Source: Candidatus Binatia bacterium
Lineage (GTDB): Bacteria > Desulfobacterota > Binatia > UBA9968 > JAJDTQ01
NCBI GenBank assembly: GCA_963666515.2
Contig: OY762897.2
Location: forward strand, 3,072,001 to 3,136,000
Reading direction: 5' to 3'
Length of the DNA: 64,000 bases
A model generated the notes under the pieces. The model ran no database searches. It was given only the letters and a program-made list of their open reading frames with translations, and was not told the DNA's origin. Made by a program: the position numbers and the translations under genes. Shown one piece after another: positions 31,459 through 40,196 of this stretch; the first letter of the stretch is position 1, and every line of letters begins with the position of its first letter.

Positions 31459-32370
31459 TCAGGCTCGTGGATGGGCGCGGTCGTAGACCGCGGTGAGCTG
31501 GTCGAGATTCACGTGGGTGTAGCGCTGGGTGGTGGAGAGGCTGACGTGGCCCAGCAGCTCCTGGATCGAGCGCAGGTCGGCACCGGCGTTCAGCAGGTGG
31601 GTGGCGAAGGTGTGGCGCAGGCCGTGGGGGCCCATGCGCACGGGAATGCCGGCCAGCCGCAGGTACTTGTCGACGATCCGGGCGACGCTGCGGGTGGTGA
31701 TCCGGGCGCCCATGCGGTTCAGGAACACCGGCTCCTCGCCCCGGGCCGCGCGGCCCCACCGGCCCCGCTGGTGCTCGGCGTAGTCCCGCAGCGCGGCCAG
31801 CGCCACCTCCCCGACCGGGACGATGCGCTCCTTGGAGCCCTTGCCGAAGACCCTGAGGACGCCCAGCGAGAAGTCCACGTCCCGCCAGTCCAGGCCCACC
31901 AGCTCGCTGACCCGGACCCCGGACGAATACAGCACCTCCATGACCGCGCGGTCGCGGGCAGGCAGAATGCCTTCCTCGGGCAGGCAGCCCAGCACTCGGA
32001 ACGCCTCGTCCACGGACAGGAAGGTCACCAGCGGGGCCTCCTGCTTGGGGGTCGAGAAGCCCACCAGCGGGTCCCGGGCGATGACGCCCTCACGCACGAG
32101 GTAGCGAAAGAATCCCTTGAGGGCGGCAAGCTTCCGCCCGATGGTGCTCTTCTTGCGGGTGTCGTGAAGCGTCTTCAGGTAGCCCCGGATCCACTGCGCG
32201 TCTACGGATTGCAACGCCCCGGCGCCCTCCAGGTCGAGCCCACTATCCTCAAGATAACCGCGGAACCCTTCGACGTCGGTCAGGTAGCCCTTCACCGAAT
32301 GGGGCGAGAACCGCGCCTGATCCCGCAAGTAGTCGCCGAAGCCCCCGATGTGCCGTGCGAATTCGTCCAT
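31459..32370 (-). CDS. xerC: Tyrosine recombinase XerC
   Basis: R, HGLR, LGH..Y catalytic residues, HPRA end, xerC-hslVU synteny. Confidence 0.92.
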   Translation of the reverse strand: MDEFARHIGGFGDYLRDQARFSPHSVKGYLTDVEGFRGYLEDSGLDLEGAGALQSVDAQWIRGYLKTLHDTRKKSTIGRKLAALKGFFRYLVREGVIARDPLVGFSTPKQEAPLVTFLSVDEAFRVLGCLPEEGILPARDRAVMEVLYSSGVRVSELVGLDWRDVDFSLGVLRVFGKGSKERIVPVGEVALAALRDYAEHQRGRWGRAARGEEPVFLNRMGARITTRSVARIVDKYLRLAGIPVRMGPHGLRHTFATHLLNAGADLRSIQELLGHVSLSTTQRYTHVNLDQLTAVYDRAHPRA

Positions 32371-32405
32371 CGGATATGGTATGCGCCCCGCCTGCTTGAA
32401 ACGAG

Positions 32406-32433
32406 CACGGGCGGGTTTGGAACCCGCCCCTAC
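32406..32433 (-). repeat. GTAG-type REP
   Basis: Minus strand GTAGGGGCGGGTTCCAAACCCGCCCGTG. Confidence 0.75.
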
Positions 32434-32457
32434 ATCCCCGCCATCGCTGCAGCCTGC

Positions 32458-33177
32458 CTACAGCGCTGGAGCGTAGAGGTTGTCCGGCAGGCTCCGGATG
32501 TAGTCGACGGTCTCTTCCAGCGACACCACGTCGGCGTACTTCATGTTCATGTCGAAGAGGTTGATCTTGTGGGAAGACTGCCCCCGGTCGAAGGTGCACT
32601 CTTCCACGACGCTCACGCTGTAGTTGTACGAGAAGGCGTCGATGACGGAGGCTCTGACGCAGCCGCTGGTGGTGGTGCCGGCCACCAGCAGGGAGTCGGC
32701 GTGCACCTCGTTCAACATGCTGGTGAGCGGGGTGCCGAAGAAGGCGCTCGGCTTCTGCTTGCGCACCACCACCTCGCCCTTCTGGGGCGCGATCTCCGCG
32801 ACGATCTCGTTGCCCTTCTTCGCCAGGTCCTCGAAATCCTCGCTGCCGCGAGAGTTCTTGCCGTGCCAGCGGCCGAAGGCGACCGACTCCTCCTCGCCGT
32901 GGCCGGTGGTGAAGAAGATCGGCAGGTGCTTCTTCCTCGCCTCTTCCAGGAGCGTGACGATGTGGTCCACACCGACCCACCCCTCCTCGCCGCAACTGTT
33001 GCGGAAGCGCTTGACCGACTCCAGGATGGGTTCCCGCCGGTCGCCCACGAAGTTGTAGTTGACGTCGATGACAAGCACGGCCGGCCGCGAACCGAACCCG
33101 GCCTTGGCGCCGTAGCCGGACAGCGCGAACACTTGCTTGTCGCGGTCGGTCAGAATGTCGTCCCATGTGTTGGCCAT
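32458..33177 (-). CDS. Isochorismatase-family cysteine hydrolase (maleamate/N-carbamoylsarcosine amidase-like)
   Basis: LVID, KQKPSAFFGT, TTSGCVRAS catalytic Asp-Lys-Cys. Confidence 0.9.
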   Translation of the reverse strand: MANTWDDILTDRDKQVFALSGYGAKAGFGSRPAVLVIDVNYNFVGDRREPILESVKRFRNSCGEEGWVGVDHIVTLLEEARKKHLPIFFTTGHGEEESVAFGRWHGKNSRGSEDFEDLAKKGNEIVAEIAPQKGEVVVRKQKPSAFFGTPLTSMLNEVHADSLLVAGTTTSGCVRASVIDAFSYNYSVSVVEECTFDRGQSSHKINLFDMNMKYADVVSLEETVDYIRSLPDNLYAPAL

Positions 33178-33270
33178 GAATAGCTCCTCTCTGAATCAGC
33201 GCCCAGGTAACCACTGCGGCGGCCCTGGGGTCGGCATGTTTCTTGCACTTGTTCCCTGCGATTATTCCTG

Positions 33271-33289
33271 TTGACGGCACTTCCGTCAA
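33271..33289. promoter_or_regulatory. Palindromic operator candidate in divergent intergenic region
   Basis: TTGACGG-cactt-CCGTCAA perfect 7-5-7 inverted repeat. Confidence 0.4.
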
Positions 33290-33446
33290 GACGCGGTGTC
33301 CAGCTCGCGGCTGGCGCCGGGTGGGTCCTCAGGGACAGCTCCGTATCGGTGAGGGAGCGCGCATGGCGTTGTTCCGGGCACCGCTCGCGTTGTCTCGCCG
33401 TCCGGGGTCTTGTAGAATTTCCCGGAAGCGAACGGAGGACGCGATC

Positions 33447-34175
33447 ATGGTGATCTCGCACACGCCCGCGAGAGGAAACGACTCAAACACGGCTGTCGAG
33501 ACGGGTTCGCGTGGAACGACGCCGCCGCTGGAGAACGGCGACCGGTTGACCCGGGACGAGTTCGAGCGGCGCTATGACGCGATGCCCGACTTGAAGAAGG
33601 CGGAGCTCATCAAAGGAGTGGTGTACGTGGGTTCACCCGTTCGCTTCGGGAGACACGGCGAGCCCCACGCAAGGCTACTGACGTGGTTGGGCACCTACGC
33701 GGCCTTCACCGCGGGGGTTCAGCACGGCGGCAACGCGACCCTCCGCCTGGATTGGGACACGGAGCCCCAACCGGACGCCTTGCTGCGCGTGGAGGCCGAG
33801 GGCCGCGCCAGTTCGCGGGTCAGCGCCGATGACTACGTGGAAGGTGCGCCCGAGCTGGTGGCCGAGGTTTCCTCCAGCACGGTCTCCTACGACTTGCACG
33901 ACAAGATGGATGCCTACCGTAGCGCGGGCGTGAAGGAATACCTGGTCTGGCGCGTGGAAGACCGGGAGTTCGACTGGTTCCTGCTGCGCGACGGCGAATA
34001 CGTCCGCATCTCACCCGGTCCCGATGGCGTGCACGAAAGCAGTACCTTTCCGGGATTGCGGCTGGCGGTTGCGGCGCTGTTGGCCGGCGACATGGCCCGA
34101 GTCATGGGCGAGCTTCAAAGAGGTCTGGACGCCGCCGAACACGCCGAGTTCGTCGCCTCGCTGGCATCACCTTGA
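33447..34175 (+). CDS. Uma2-family (PD-(D/E)XK-like) endonuclease
   Basis: LENGDRLTRDEFERRY, ELIKG, PQPD, PELVAEV, K...Y...GV.EY; GGAGG RBS. Confidence 0.9.
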   Translation: MVISHTPARGNDSNTAVETGSRGTTPPLENGDRLTRDEFERRYDAMPDLKKAELIKGVVYVGSPVRFGRHGEPHARLLTWLGTYAAFTAGVQHGGNATLRLDWDTEPQPDALLRVEAEGRASSRVSADDYVEGAPELVAEVSSSTVSYDLHDKMDAYRSAGVKEYLVWRVEDREFDWFLLRDGEYVRISPGPDGVHESSTFPGLRLAVAALLAGDMARVMGELQRGLDAAEHAEFVASLASP

Positions 34176-34236
34176 CTCCATCCGTCACGCTCTCGTCGTG
34201 TTTGCACCGCTCTGTCTCCTGCGGCCCCGCAGTTCC

Positions 34237-34265
34237 TTGACTTGGCAAGTGCCAGATTCCATATT
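34237..34265 (+). promoter_or_regulatory. Possible sigma70 promoter of moaA
   Basis: TTGACT-17 bp-CATATT, with TGGCA-AG-TGCCA palindrome in the spacer. Confidence 0.4.
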
Positions 34266-34273
34266 GTTTCATC

Positions 34274-35287
34274 GTGCTGACCGACCGATTCCATCGCCCG
34301 CTCAGTGATTTGCGGATATCCGTGACGGACCGGTGCAACTTCCGCTGCACCTACTGCATGCCTTTCGACCACTACGACTGGATCGACAAGCGGGAGATCC
34401 TGACCTACGAGGAGATCTGCCGAGTGGTACGGCTGGCGGTGCCGCTGGGGGTGCGGAAGATCCGGCTGACGGGCGGCGAGCCGCTGCTGCGGCGCGACCT
34501 GGCGGACCTGGTGCGGCAGCTCTCCGGCATCGACGGCATCGAGGACATTGCGCTGACAACCAACGGCTCGCGCCTGGGCGAGATGGCCGGGGCGTTGCGG
34601 TCCGCCGGGCTGAACCGGATCAACGTGAGCATCGACAGCCTCGACCCGGAACGGTTCCGGAGCGTCACCAAGCGCGGCGACCTGGACGAGGTTCTCAGAG
34701 GGCTGTTCGCGGCGCGAGAGGCCGGACTGGATCCCATCAAGATCAACGCGGTCATCGAACGCGGCGTCAACGAGGACGACATCCTGCCGCTGGTGGAGTT
34801 CGGACGGGAGCACGGCTTCGTGATCCGGTTCATCGAATACATGGACGTGGGGACCGCCAACGCCTGGCGGCTGGAGCGGACCGTGCCGAAGGCGGAGATC
34901 CTGGAACGGATCAGCGAGCGCTATCCGCTGGAGCCTGTCGGCCGCGGCGACGGCAACGCGCCGGCCGTGGACTACGCGTTCCGCGACGGCAAGGGCACCG
35001 TGGGCATCGTGGCTTCGGTCACCGAGCCGTTCTGCGGCACGTGCAGCCGCGGGCGCCTGACCGCGGACGGCCGGCTCGTGACCTGCCTCTTCTCCCGCAC
35101 CGGGCACGACCTCAAGGCGCGGCTCCGAAGCGGCGCCGGCGACGACGAGATCCGTACCTGGATGGAGTCGGTCTGGGCCGGCCGGACCGACCGGTTCTCC
35201 GCAGAGCGGCTCGAAGCCATTCAGTCACCCGACGGCTATGACCCCGGACAACACGACAAGATCGAAATGATTACGCTGGGGGGGTGA
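34274..35287 (+). CDS. moaA: GTP 3',8-cyclase (molybdenum cofactor biosynthesis)
   Basis: CNFRCTYC, TGGEP, C..C.R..C, C-terminal LGG. Confidence 0.96.
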   Translation: MLTDRFHRPLSDLRISVTDRCNFRCTYCMPFDHYDWIDKREILTYEEICRVVRLAVPLGVRKIRLTGGEPLLRRDLADLVRQLSGIDGIEDIALTTNGSRLGEMAGALRSAGLNRINVSIDSLDPERFRSVTKRGDLDEVLRGLFAAREAGLDPIKINAVIERGVNEDDILPLVEFGREHGFVIRFIEYMDVGTANAWRLERTVPKAEILERISERYPLEPVGRGDGNAPAVDYAFRDGKGTVGIVASVTEPFCGTCSRGRLTADGRLVTCLFSRTGHDLKARLRSGAGDDEIRTWMESVWAGRTDRFSAERLEAIQSPDGYDPGQHDKIEMITLGG

Positions 35288-35367
35288 CACGCCGTCTTCG
35301 ATTCACGACGCGCGCGCCCCCCGACCGACGGCCCGCTCCTCCGAGGCCGCTTCACCAGGACACTCGA

Positions 35368-36453
35368 ATGCTCCTCATCAACAATGAAACCGTAGAGGAA
35401 ATCCTCGACATGAAAGGGTGCATCGACGCCCTGGAGACCGGCTACCGCGACCTGCTGGCAGAGCGCGCGGTGTACCGGCCGCGCATCGATCTGTACGTGC
35501 CCCAGGAGGACCCCGAGCGCATGTACCGCTGGGGGACCATGGAGGGCGCCTCCCGCTCCTTCGGCGTGTTCGCCATCCGCATGAAGTCCGACATGCTGGA
35601 GTGGCCCGAGGGGCGAACGGTGGAGAAGTACTGCATGGAGCCCGGCACCTACTGCGGGCTGGTCATGGTCTTCTCCGCGCGCAACGCCGAGCCCCTGGCC
35701 ATCATCAACGACGGCATCATCCAGCACATGCGGGTGGGCGCCTGCGCCGGTCTGGCCGCCCGCTACCTGGCCCGGGAAGACGCCGCGGTGGTAGGCATGC
35801 TCGGCTCCGGCGGCATGGCGGAGACCTATCTGCGGGCGTTCGCGGAGGTCCGCAAGCTCCGGGAGGTCAAGGTCTACAGTCCCACCCCGGCCAACCGCGA
35901 GGCCTACGCGCGCAGGATGAGCGAGATGCTGGGCGTGCCGGTGACGGCGCGCGAAGGCGTGGAGGAGGTGGTGCGGGGCTCCGACATGGTGGCCACCTGC
36001 ACCGACTCGGTGCGGGTGGTAGTAGAAAACTCCGGCTGGGTGGAGGACGGTGCCTTTGTCACCTGCGTCCGCAGCAACGAATGGGAACCCGGCATCCTCG
36101 ACCGCTGCGACGTCATCGTGAAGCTCGGGCGCGGCACCATCCACACTCTGGACGAGGGCATGCGGCGCATCGCCGGATACGCCTCCTACGTGGCCGGCAC
36201 CGAGGACGAAACGAAACGCATCGTCACACCCGGAGTTGATCTGTTCGCCGGTCAGCACCCCCTTCTCACGGATCTCATGGGGGGCACCGTCCAGGGCCGT
36301 CGGAAGGATTCGGACGTGGCATTGTTCCTGAACGACGGCACCCAGGGGCTCCAGTTCGCGTCGGTGGCCGGCTACGTGGTGCGGAAGGCGCAGGAGTTGG
36401 GCGCGGGCCGGGAGATTCCAAGGGAGTGGTTCACACAGGACATTCGGGATTAG
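35368..36453 (+). CDS. Ornithine cyclodeaminase/mu-crystallin family protein
   Basis: MRVGA, GMLGSGGMA, VYSPT, GLQFA. Confidence 0.88.
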   Translation: MLLINNETVEEILDMKGCIDALETGYRDLLAERAVYRPRIDLYVPQEDPERMYRWGTMEGASRSFGVFAIRMKSDMLEWPEGRTVEKYCMEPGTYCGLVMVFSARNAEPLAIINDGIIQHMRVGACAGLAARYLAREDAAVVGMLGSGGMAETYLRAFAEVRKLREVKVYSPTPANREAYARRMSEMLGVPVTAREGVEEVVRGSDMVATCTDSVRVVVENSGWVEDGAFVTCVRSNEWEPGILDRCDVIVKLGRGTIHTLDEGMRRIAGYASYVAGTEDETKRIVTPGVDLFAGQHPLLTDLMGGTVQGRRKDSDVALFLNDGTQGLQFASVAGYVVRKAQELGAGREIPREWFTQDIRD

Positions 36454-36483
36454 AGGTCCCTGTATTCAAGGGAGAGATGACGG

Positions 36484-37479
36484 ATGCTCAAGGTCATTCC
36501 GGTTGAAGAAGCGGTAGGGTTGCGTCTGGCCCACGACATCACCGAGATCATACCCGGCGGTCACAAGGGGCCGCGCTTCAGGCGCGGACACCTCATCGCC
36601 GAGGAGGACGTGCCGCGGCTGCTGGACGTGGGCAAGGCCCATATCTACATCATGGACCTCGGTTCGGACGAGTTGCACGAGGAGGACGCCGCCAAACGGC
36701 TGGCCCGGGCGGCCTCGGGGGACGGCCTGACGCTCACCGACCCGAGCGAGGGCCGGGTCAACCTGGTGGCGGAGCAGGACGGCATGCTGGACGTGGACGA
36801 GGAACTGCTCTTCCGCTTCAACGAGTTGGGAGACCTCATACTGGCTACCCTTCCCTCCGGGGAGTTCGTCCGGGAAGGCACAGTGGTGGGCGGCACCCGC
36901 ACCATCCCGATAGTGGTGAAGGAGGAGTTGGTGGAGCGGGCGGAAGCCCTTTGCAAGGACAGCCCCATGGTGTCGGTGAACGCCATGCCCGCGAAGAAGG
37001 TCTTCCTGCTGGTCACCGGCAGTGAGGTCTTCACCGGCCGGATCAAGGACGGCTTCGAGCCGGCGGTGCGGAAGAAGGTGGAGGGGATGGGCTCAACCCT
37101 GGAGCCGGCTACCCTGGCACCCGACGACCCGGACGTCATCGCGGGCCACATCAAGGACTTCGCGGACAAGGGCGCCGAGGTGATCCTAGTGAGCGGCGGC
37201 ATGTCCGTGGACCCCGACGACCTCACCCCCGAGGGCATCCGCCGGAGCGGCGCCAACGTGATCTCACACGGATTCCCGGTGCTCCCGGGCTCCATGTTCC
37301 TGATGAGCTACCTGGGAGACATCCCGGTCCTCGGCCTCTCCGGCTGCGTCCTCCACGATCCCGTCACCGCCTTCGACTTCATGCTGCCCAAGCTCCTGGC
37401 CGGCGCTCGCGTCACCCGCGAGGACATCCTGCGCATGGGCCACGGCGGGCTCCAGAAGAAGCACCGGCACCACCATTGA
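36484..37479 (+). CDS. Molybdopterin-binding (MoeA-related) protein
   Basis: AHDITEI, TGSEV, GGMSVDPDDLTP, PVLPGSM, GHGG. Confidence 0.88.
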   Translation: MLKVIPVEEAVGLRLAHDITEIIPGGHKGPRFRRGHLIAEEDVPRLLDVGKAHIYIMDLGSDELHEEDAAKRLARAASGDGLTLTDPSEGRVNLVAEQDGMLDVDEELLFRFNELGDLILATLPSGEFVREGTVVGGTRTIPIVVKEELVERAEALCKDSPMVSVNAMPAKKVFLLVTGSEVFTGRIKDGFEPAVRKKVEGMGSTLEPATLAPDDPDVIAGHIKDFADKGAEVILVSGGMSVDPDDLTPEGIRRSGANVISHGFPVLPGSMFLMSYLGDIPVLGLSGCVLHDPVTAFDFMLPKLLAGARVTREDILRMGHGGLQKKHRHHH

Positions 37480-37604
37480 AGCATAAAACGACCGGGCGAA
37501 GAGGCGTCTAGTTTTTCCACGAACACGCAACGAACCACCTCAGAAGAAGGTGGAGAACGCCCATGGGATCAAGCTGCGGTCTCGCACTTTCGTTGTGAAT
37601 GCAT

Positions 37605-37901
37605 TCATGAGAGGTAGCGATCTATCTCCAGCGCGCCGTGAAATACCCCGAGAATATCGATTGGCCTATCGTCCGCCAAGATATATGCAATCCGGTAGTG
37701 CCCATAAAGCAGTATCCGGATCTCAGCCTCCGGTTCAGAACGATATTTGTAACCGATTTCCGGATAACGCTTGAGCACCTGTACCTTTTCGTAGATTCCC
37801 TCCACCACTCTGGCGGCTGCGGTCGGATCGTCTTTTGCGATGTAGTCGTAAATGTCCCTCAACCAAGTTTCTGCCTCGACCGTCCACCTTATTTCTGCCA
37901 T
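37605..37901 (-). CDS. RelE/ParE-family toxin
   Basis: WTVEA..L.DI.DYIA.DDP.AA, YPEIG, YRIAY, ILGVFHG. Confidence 0.9.
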   Translation of the reverse strand: MAEIRWTVEAETWLRDIYDYIAKDDPTAAARVVEGIYEKVQVLKRYPEIGYKYRSEPEAEIRILLYGHYRIAYILADDRPIDILGVFHGALEIDRYLS

Positions 37902-38074
37902 GAGCGGATACGATGTTCCATTTCTTCGTTTGATATCACACGGGCTTCTCGAGAATCCGTGAGACCACGCTCCACCATGCGCTCAAACGCAAGCTCCCGC
38001 AGAATCTCATCGTACGTCGCATCCTCTGGCTGAGCCTCAATGACGTCCTTCATTTTCTGTTTCGCTGCAGTCAT
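37889..38074 (-). CDS. Cognate antitoxin
   Basis: Small acidic protein (PEDATYDEI..L.F..VERGL.D) overlapping the toxin start. Confidence 0.82.
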   Translation of the reverse strand: MTAAKQKMKDVIEAQPEDATYDEILRELAFERMVERGLTDSREARVISNEEMEHRIRSWQK

Positions 38075-38115
38075 GCGTCTCTCCCCCGACAGCGTCTTGA
38101 ATCCTTGAGTTCGAT

Positions 38116-38352
38116 TCACTCCTTGTACCAGATCGCTTGCCGGTAGTCTCGCACCCGGGGCCGCTTGGCGAGCTTGTCACTCTTGCAGAGCCAGCAACGA
38201 GACTTGCCGCAGCCGGCGACCTTCTGGCCTTTGCGGAATCTACCCGGCTGTTTGTCGCAGACGCATCCCGTGTCGGCACCCGCATGCAAGAGCCGATTGT
38301 GGGCGCGCCATACGTGCAGCGTACGTTCTCGTTCAACGGCCGCCCGTCGCAT
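38116..38352 (-). CDS. Small basic Cys-rich hypothetical protein (possible Zn-binding)
   Basis: H..H...CVC...GRFRK...CGKSRCWLCK; GAGG RBS; fills the operon gap exactly. Confidence 0.6.
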   Translation of the reverse strand: MRRAAVERERTLHVWRAHNRLLHAGADTGCVCDKQPGRFRKGQKVAGCGKSRCWLCKSDKLAKRPRVRDYRQAIWYKE

Positions 38353-38359
38353 TGGCGCC

Positions 38360-39070
38360 TCACACGGGAATCTGCGTCACCACGACGCGGCCGTCGCTCT
38401 GGAGACGGATGGCGTTGACGGTGCCGGCGTAGCTTGGGGAGCCGGAGTAGTAAGCGGGGATCTGCTGGTCGCCCACCGCCACGGCGCGGTTCCAGTGGCC
38501 CAGGGCCACGTAGTCGGCGCCGCTGGTGGTGAGGTTTTCCTGGCGGATCAGCCACGAGCCCAGCAGCACGTCCGATCCGGGCTCGTCCTCGACGTAGTGG
38601 CCGTGGGCCACGGCCAACTGCCAGCGGGTGCGGCGCTCCGGGGGTTCCGGGAGCGGCATCATGTCCAGGTAATCCACGTGGGGCCGGCCCCAGACCTCGA
38701 GGTCCAGCTCAGGAAAGTCGCTTCGTTCAGTCGTCAGCCCCAGGACGTGGACGTTGCCGGTGTTGGCGAACTCGGACCGGCGATAGACCGAGTCCGGGGT
38801 GAGCGGATCGTGGTTCCCCGGCAGGATGACGATGGGAAGGCCGGCTTCGGCCATGACATCCGAAACCTCCTCCAGGAGCCCGGCCCGCTGCCGGTTGTGA
38901 TCGAAGGTGTCCCCGGCGAGGATGACGAGATCGGCCTGCTGCGCGCGCGCCGTTGCAAGAACCTGCTGGAGCACCGGCACGTTGCCGGAGACATCGTCGG
39001 TCAGGACGCTGTCGGCGCCCAGATGCAGGTCGGACGTGTGGAGGATCAGGACTTCACGCGATGCGCTCAT
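38360..39070 (-). CDS. Metallophosphoesterase (SbcD/Mre11-like nuclease domain)
   Basis: SDLHLG, GDTFD, PGNHD, AHG, LGHW, YSGSP. Confidence 0.88.
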   Translation of the reverse strand: MSASREVLILHTSDLHLGADSVLTDDVSGNVPVLQQVLATARAQQADLVILAGDTFDHNRQRAGLLEEVSDVMAEAGLPIVILPGNHDPLTPDSVYRRSEFANTGNVHVLGLTTERSDFPELDLEVWGRPHVDYLDMMPLPEPPERRTRWQLAVAHGHYVEDEPGSDVLLGSWLIRQENLTTSGADYVALGHWNRAVAVGDQQIPAYYSGSPSYAGTVNAIRLQSDGRVVVTQIPV

Positions 39071-39105
39071 GTGTCAGGGTCTCTCTGTGCGTCACGGGCA
39101 GAAGA

Positions 39106-39131
39106 CACGGGCGGAGTGAAACCCGCCCGTG
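39106..39131. repeat. REP-related hairpin / possible terminator after korB
   Basis: CACGGGCGG-agtgaaac-CCGCCCGTG, similar to the REP at 32406. Confidence 0.55.
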
Positions 39132-39173
39132 AACGTCTCTTCGCAGGCTTGAGACGCGGGTGGCGCCGCCGGG

Positions 39174-40196
39174 CTATTTCATCAGCTCGGCGTTGATCCG
39201 GTCCAGTGTATCCGGCAACGGCTGTGTCGCGGCCTGGTCAAGGTAGGCCAGCGGCGTGTCGCAGAGGTTGAGGTCGTCTACGAACTCGGCCCGCTCCTCG
39301 TTGAGGTAGACGAGGCCGGTCAGGAACTTGTGCTCGGCCACCGCGGCGTGGAGCGCGGTCACGGCCTGCATGCGGTTGGTGGGGTCGTAGTTGTGGCCGA
39401 GCTTGTGCAGGGTGATCCGGGAACCGTCGTGCAGGGTGACCTCCTGGTCGGTGCCCTCCTGGTAGTCCACCTCGATGTTCTCGTAGGGCGGAATGAAGTC
39501 GATGTCGTGGAGCGGGTCCAGGTGCTCGCGGATGTACTTGAGGCTCTTGGTGGAGCCGGAATGGTCGTTGAACGTCACGCACGGGCTCAACACGTCCAGG
39601 ATGGCGGTCCCCTGGTGGGCGACGGCGCCCTGGATCAGCGGCGCGAGCTGCTTGCGGTCGCCGGAGAAGCTCCGGGCGACGTAGGTGGCGCCCAGGGTGA
39701 TGGCCAGTTCGCACAGGTCGATAGCGGGCATGTCGTTGATCTTGCCGCCCTTCATCACCGTGCCCTCGTCCGCGGTGGCGGAGAACTGGCCCTTGGTCAG
39801 TCCGTACACGCCGTTGTTCTCGATGACGTAGGTGATGTTCACGTTGCGGCGCATCATGTGGCAGAAGTTGCCGAGCCCGATGGCCGAGGTGTCGCCGTCA
39901 CCGGAAATTCCCAGCGGAATCATGGCGTGGTTGCCGACGTTGGCCCCGGTGGCCACCGAAGCCATGCGGCCGTGCACCGCGTTGATGCCGAACGCCTGGT
40001 TCATGAAGTAGTTGGGGGTCTTGGAGGAGCAGCCGATGCCGCTCAGCTTGATGACCTTGCGCGGGTCTACGCTGCTGGCGAAGAACGCGCGCATGATGGA
40101 CGCGGAGATCGCGTCATGGCCGCAGCCGCGGCACATGGTGGATTCCGCCCCCTTGTAGTCCTTCTCGGTCAGATCGACGCGGTTTGTCTTTGCCAT
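39174..40196 (-). CDS. korB: 2-oxoacid:ferredoxin oxidoreductase beta subunit
   Basis: CRGCGH, SGIGCS, HGR, GDGD, YGLTKGQ. Confidence 0.92.
   Translation of the reverse strand: MAKTNRVDLTEKDYKGAESTMCRGCGHDAISASIMRAFFASSVDPRKVIKLSGIGCSSKTPNYFMNQAFGINAVHGRMASVATGANVGNHAMIPLGISGDGDTSAIGLGNFCHMMRRNVNITYVIENNGVYGLTKGQFSATADEGTVMKGGKINDMPAIDLCELAITLGATYVARSFSGDRKQLAPLIQGAVAHQGTAILDVLSPCVTFNDHSGSTKSLKYIREHLDPLHDIDFIPPYENIEVDYQEGTDQEVTLHDGSRITLHKLGHNYDPTNRMQAVTALHAAVAEHKFLTGLVYLNEERAEFVDDLNLCDTPLAYLDQAATQPLPDTLDRINAELMK

Noticed and set aside
31459-32370. Tyrosine recombinase as a prophage/island integrase
   Set aside because: Size, HPRA terminus and hslVU synteny indicate housekeeping XerC; no att sites or cargo seen.
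29019-33183. 756-aa and 627-aa plus-strand ORFs
   Set aside because: Antisense to hslU/hslV/xerC with no recognisable motifs.
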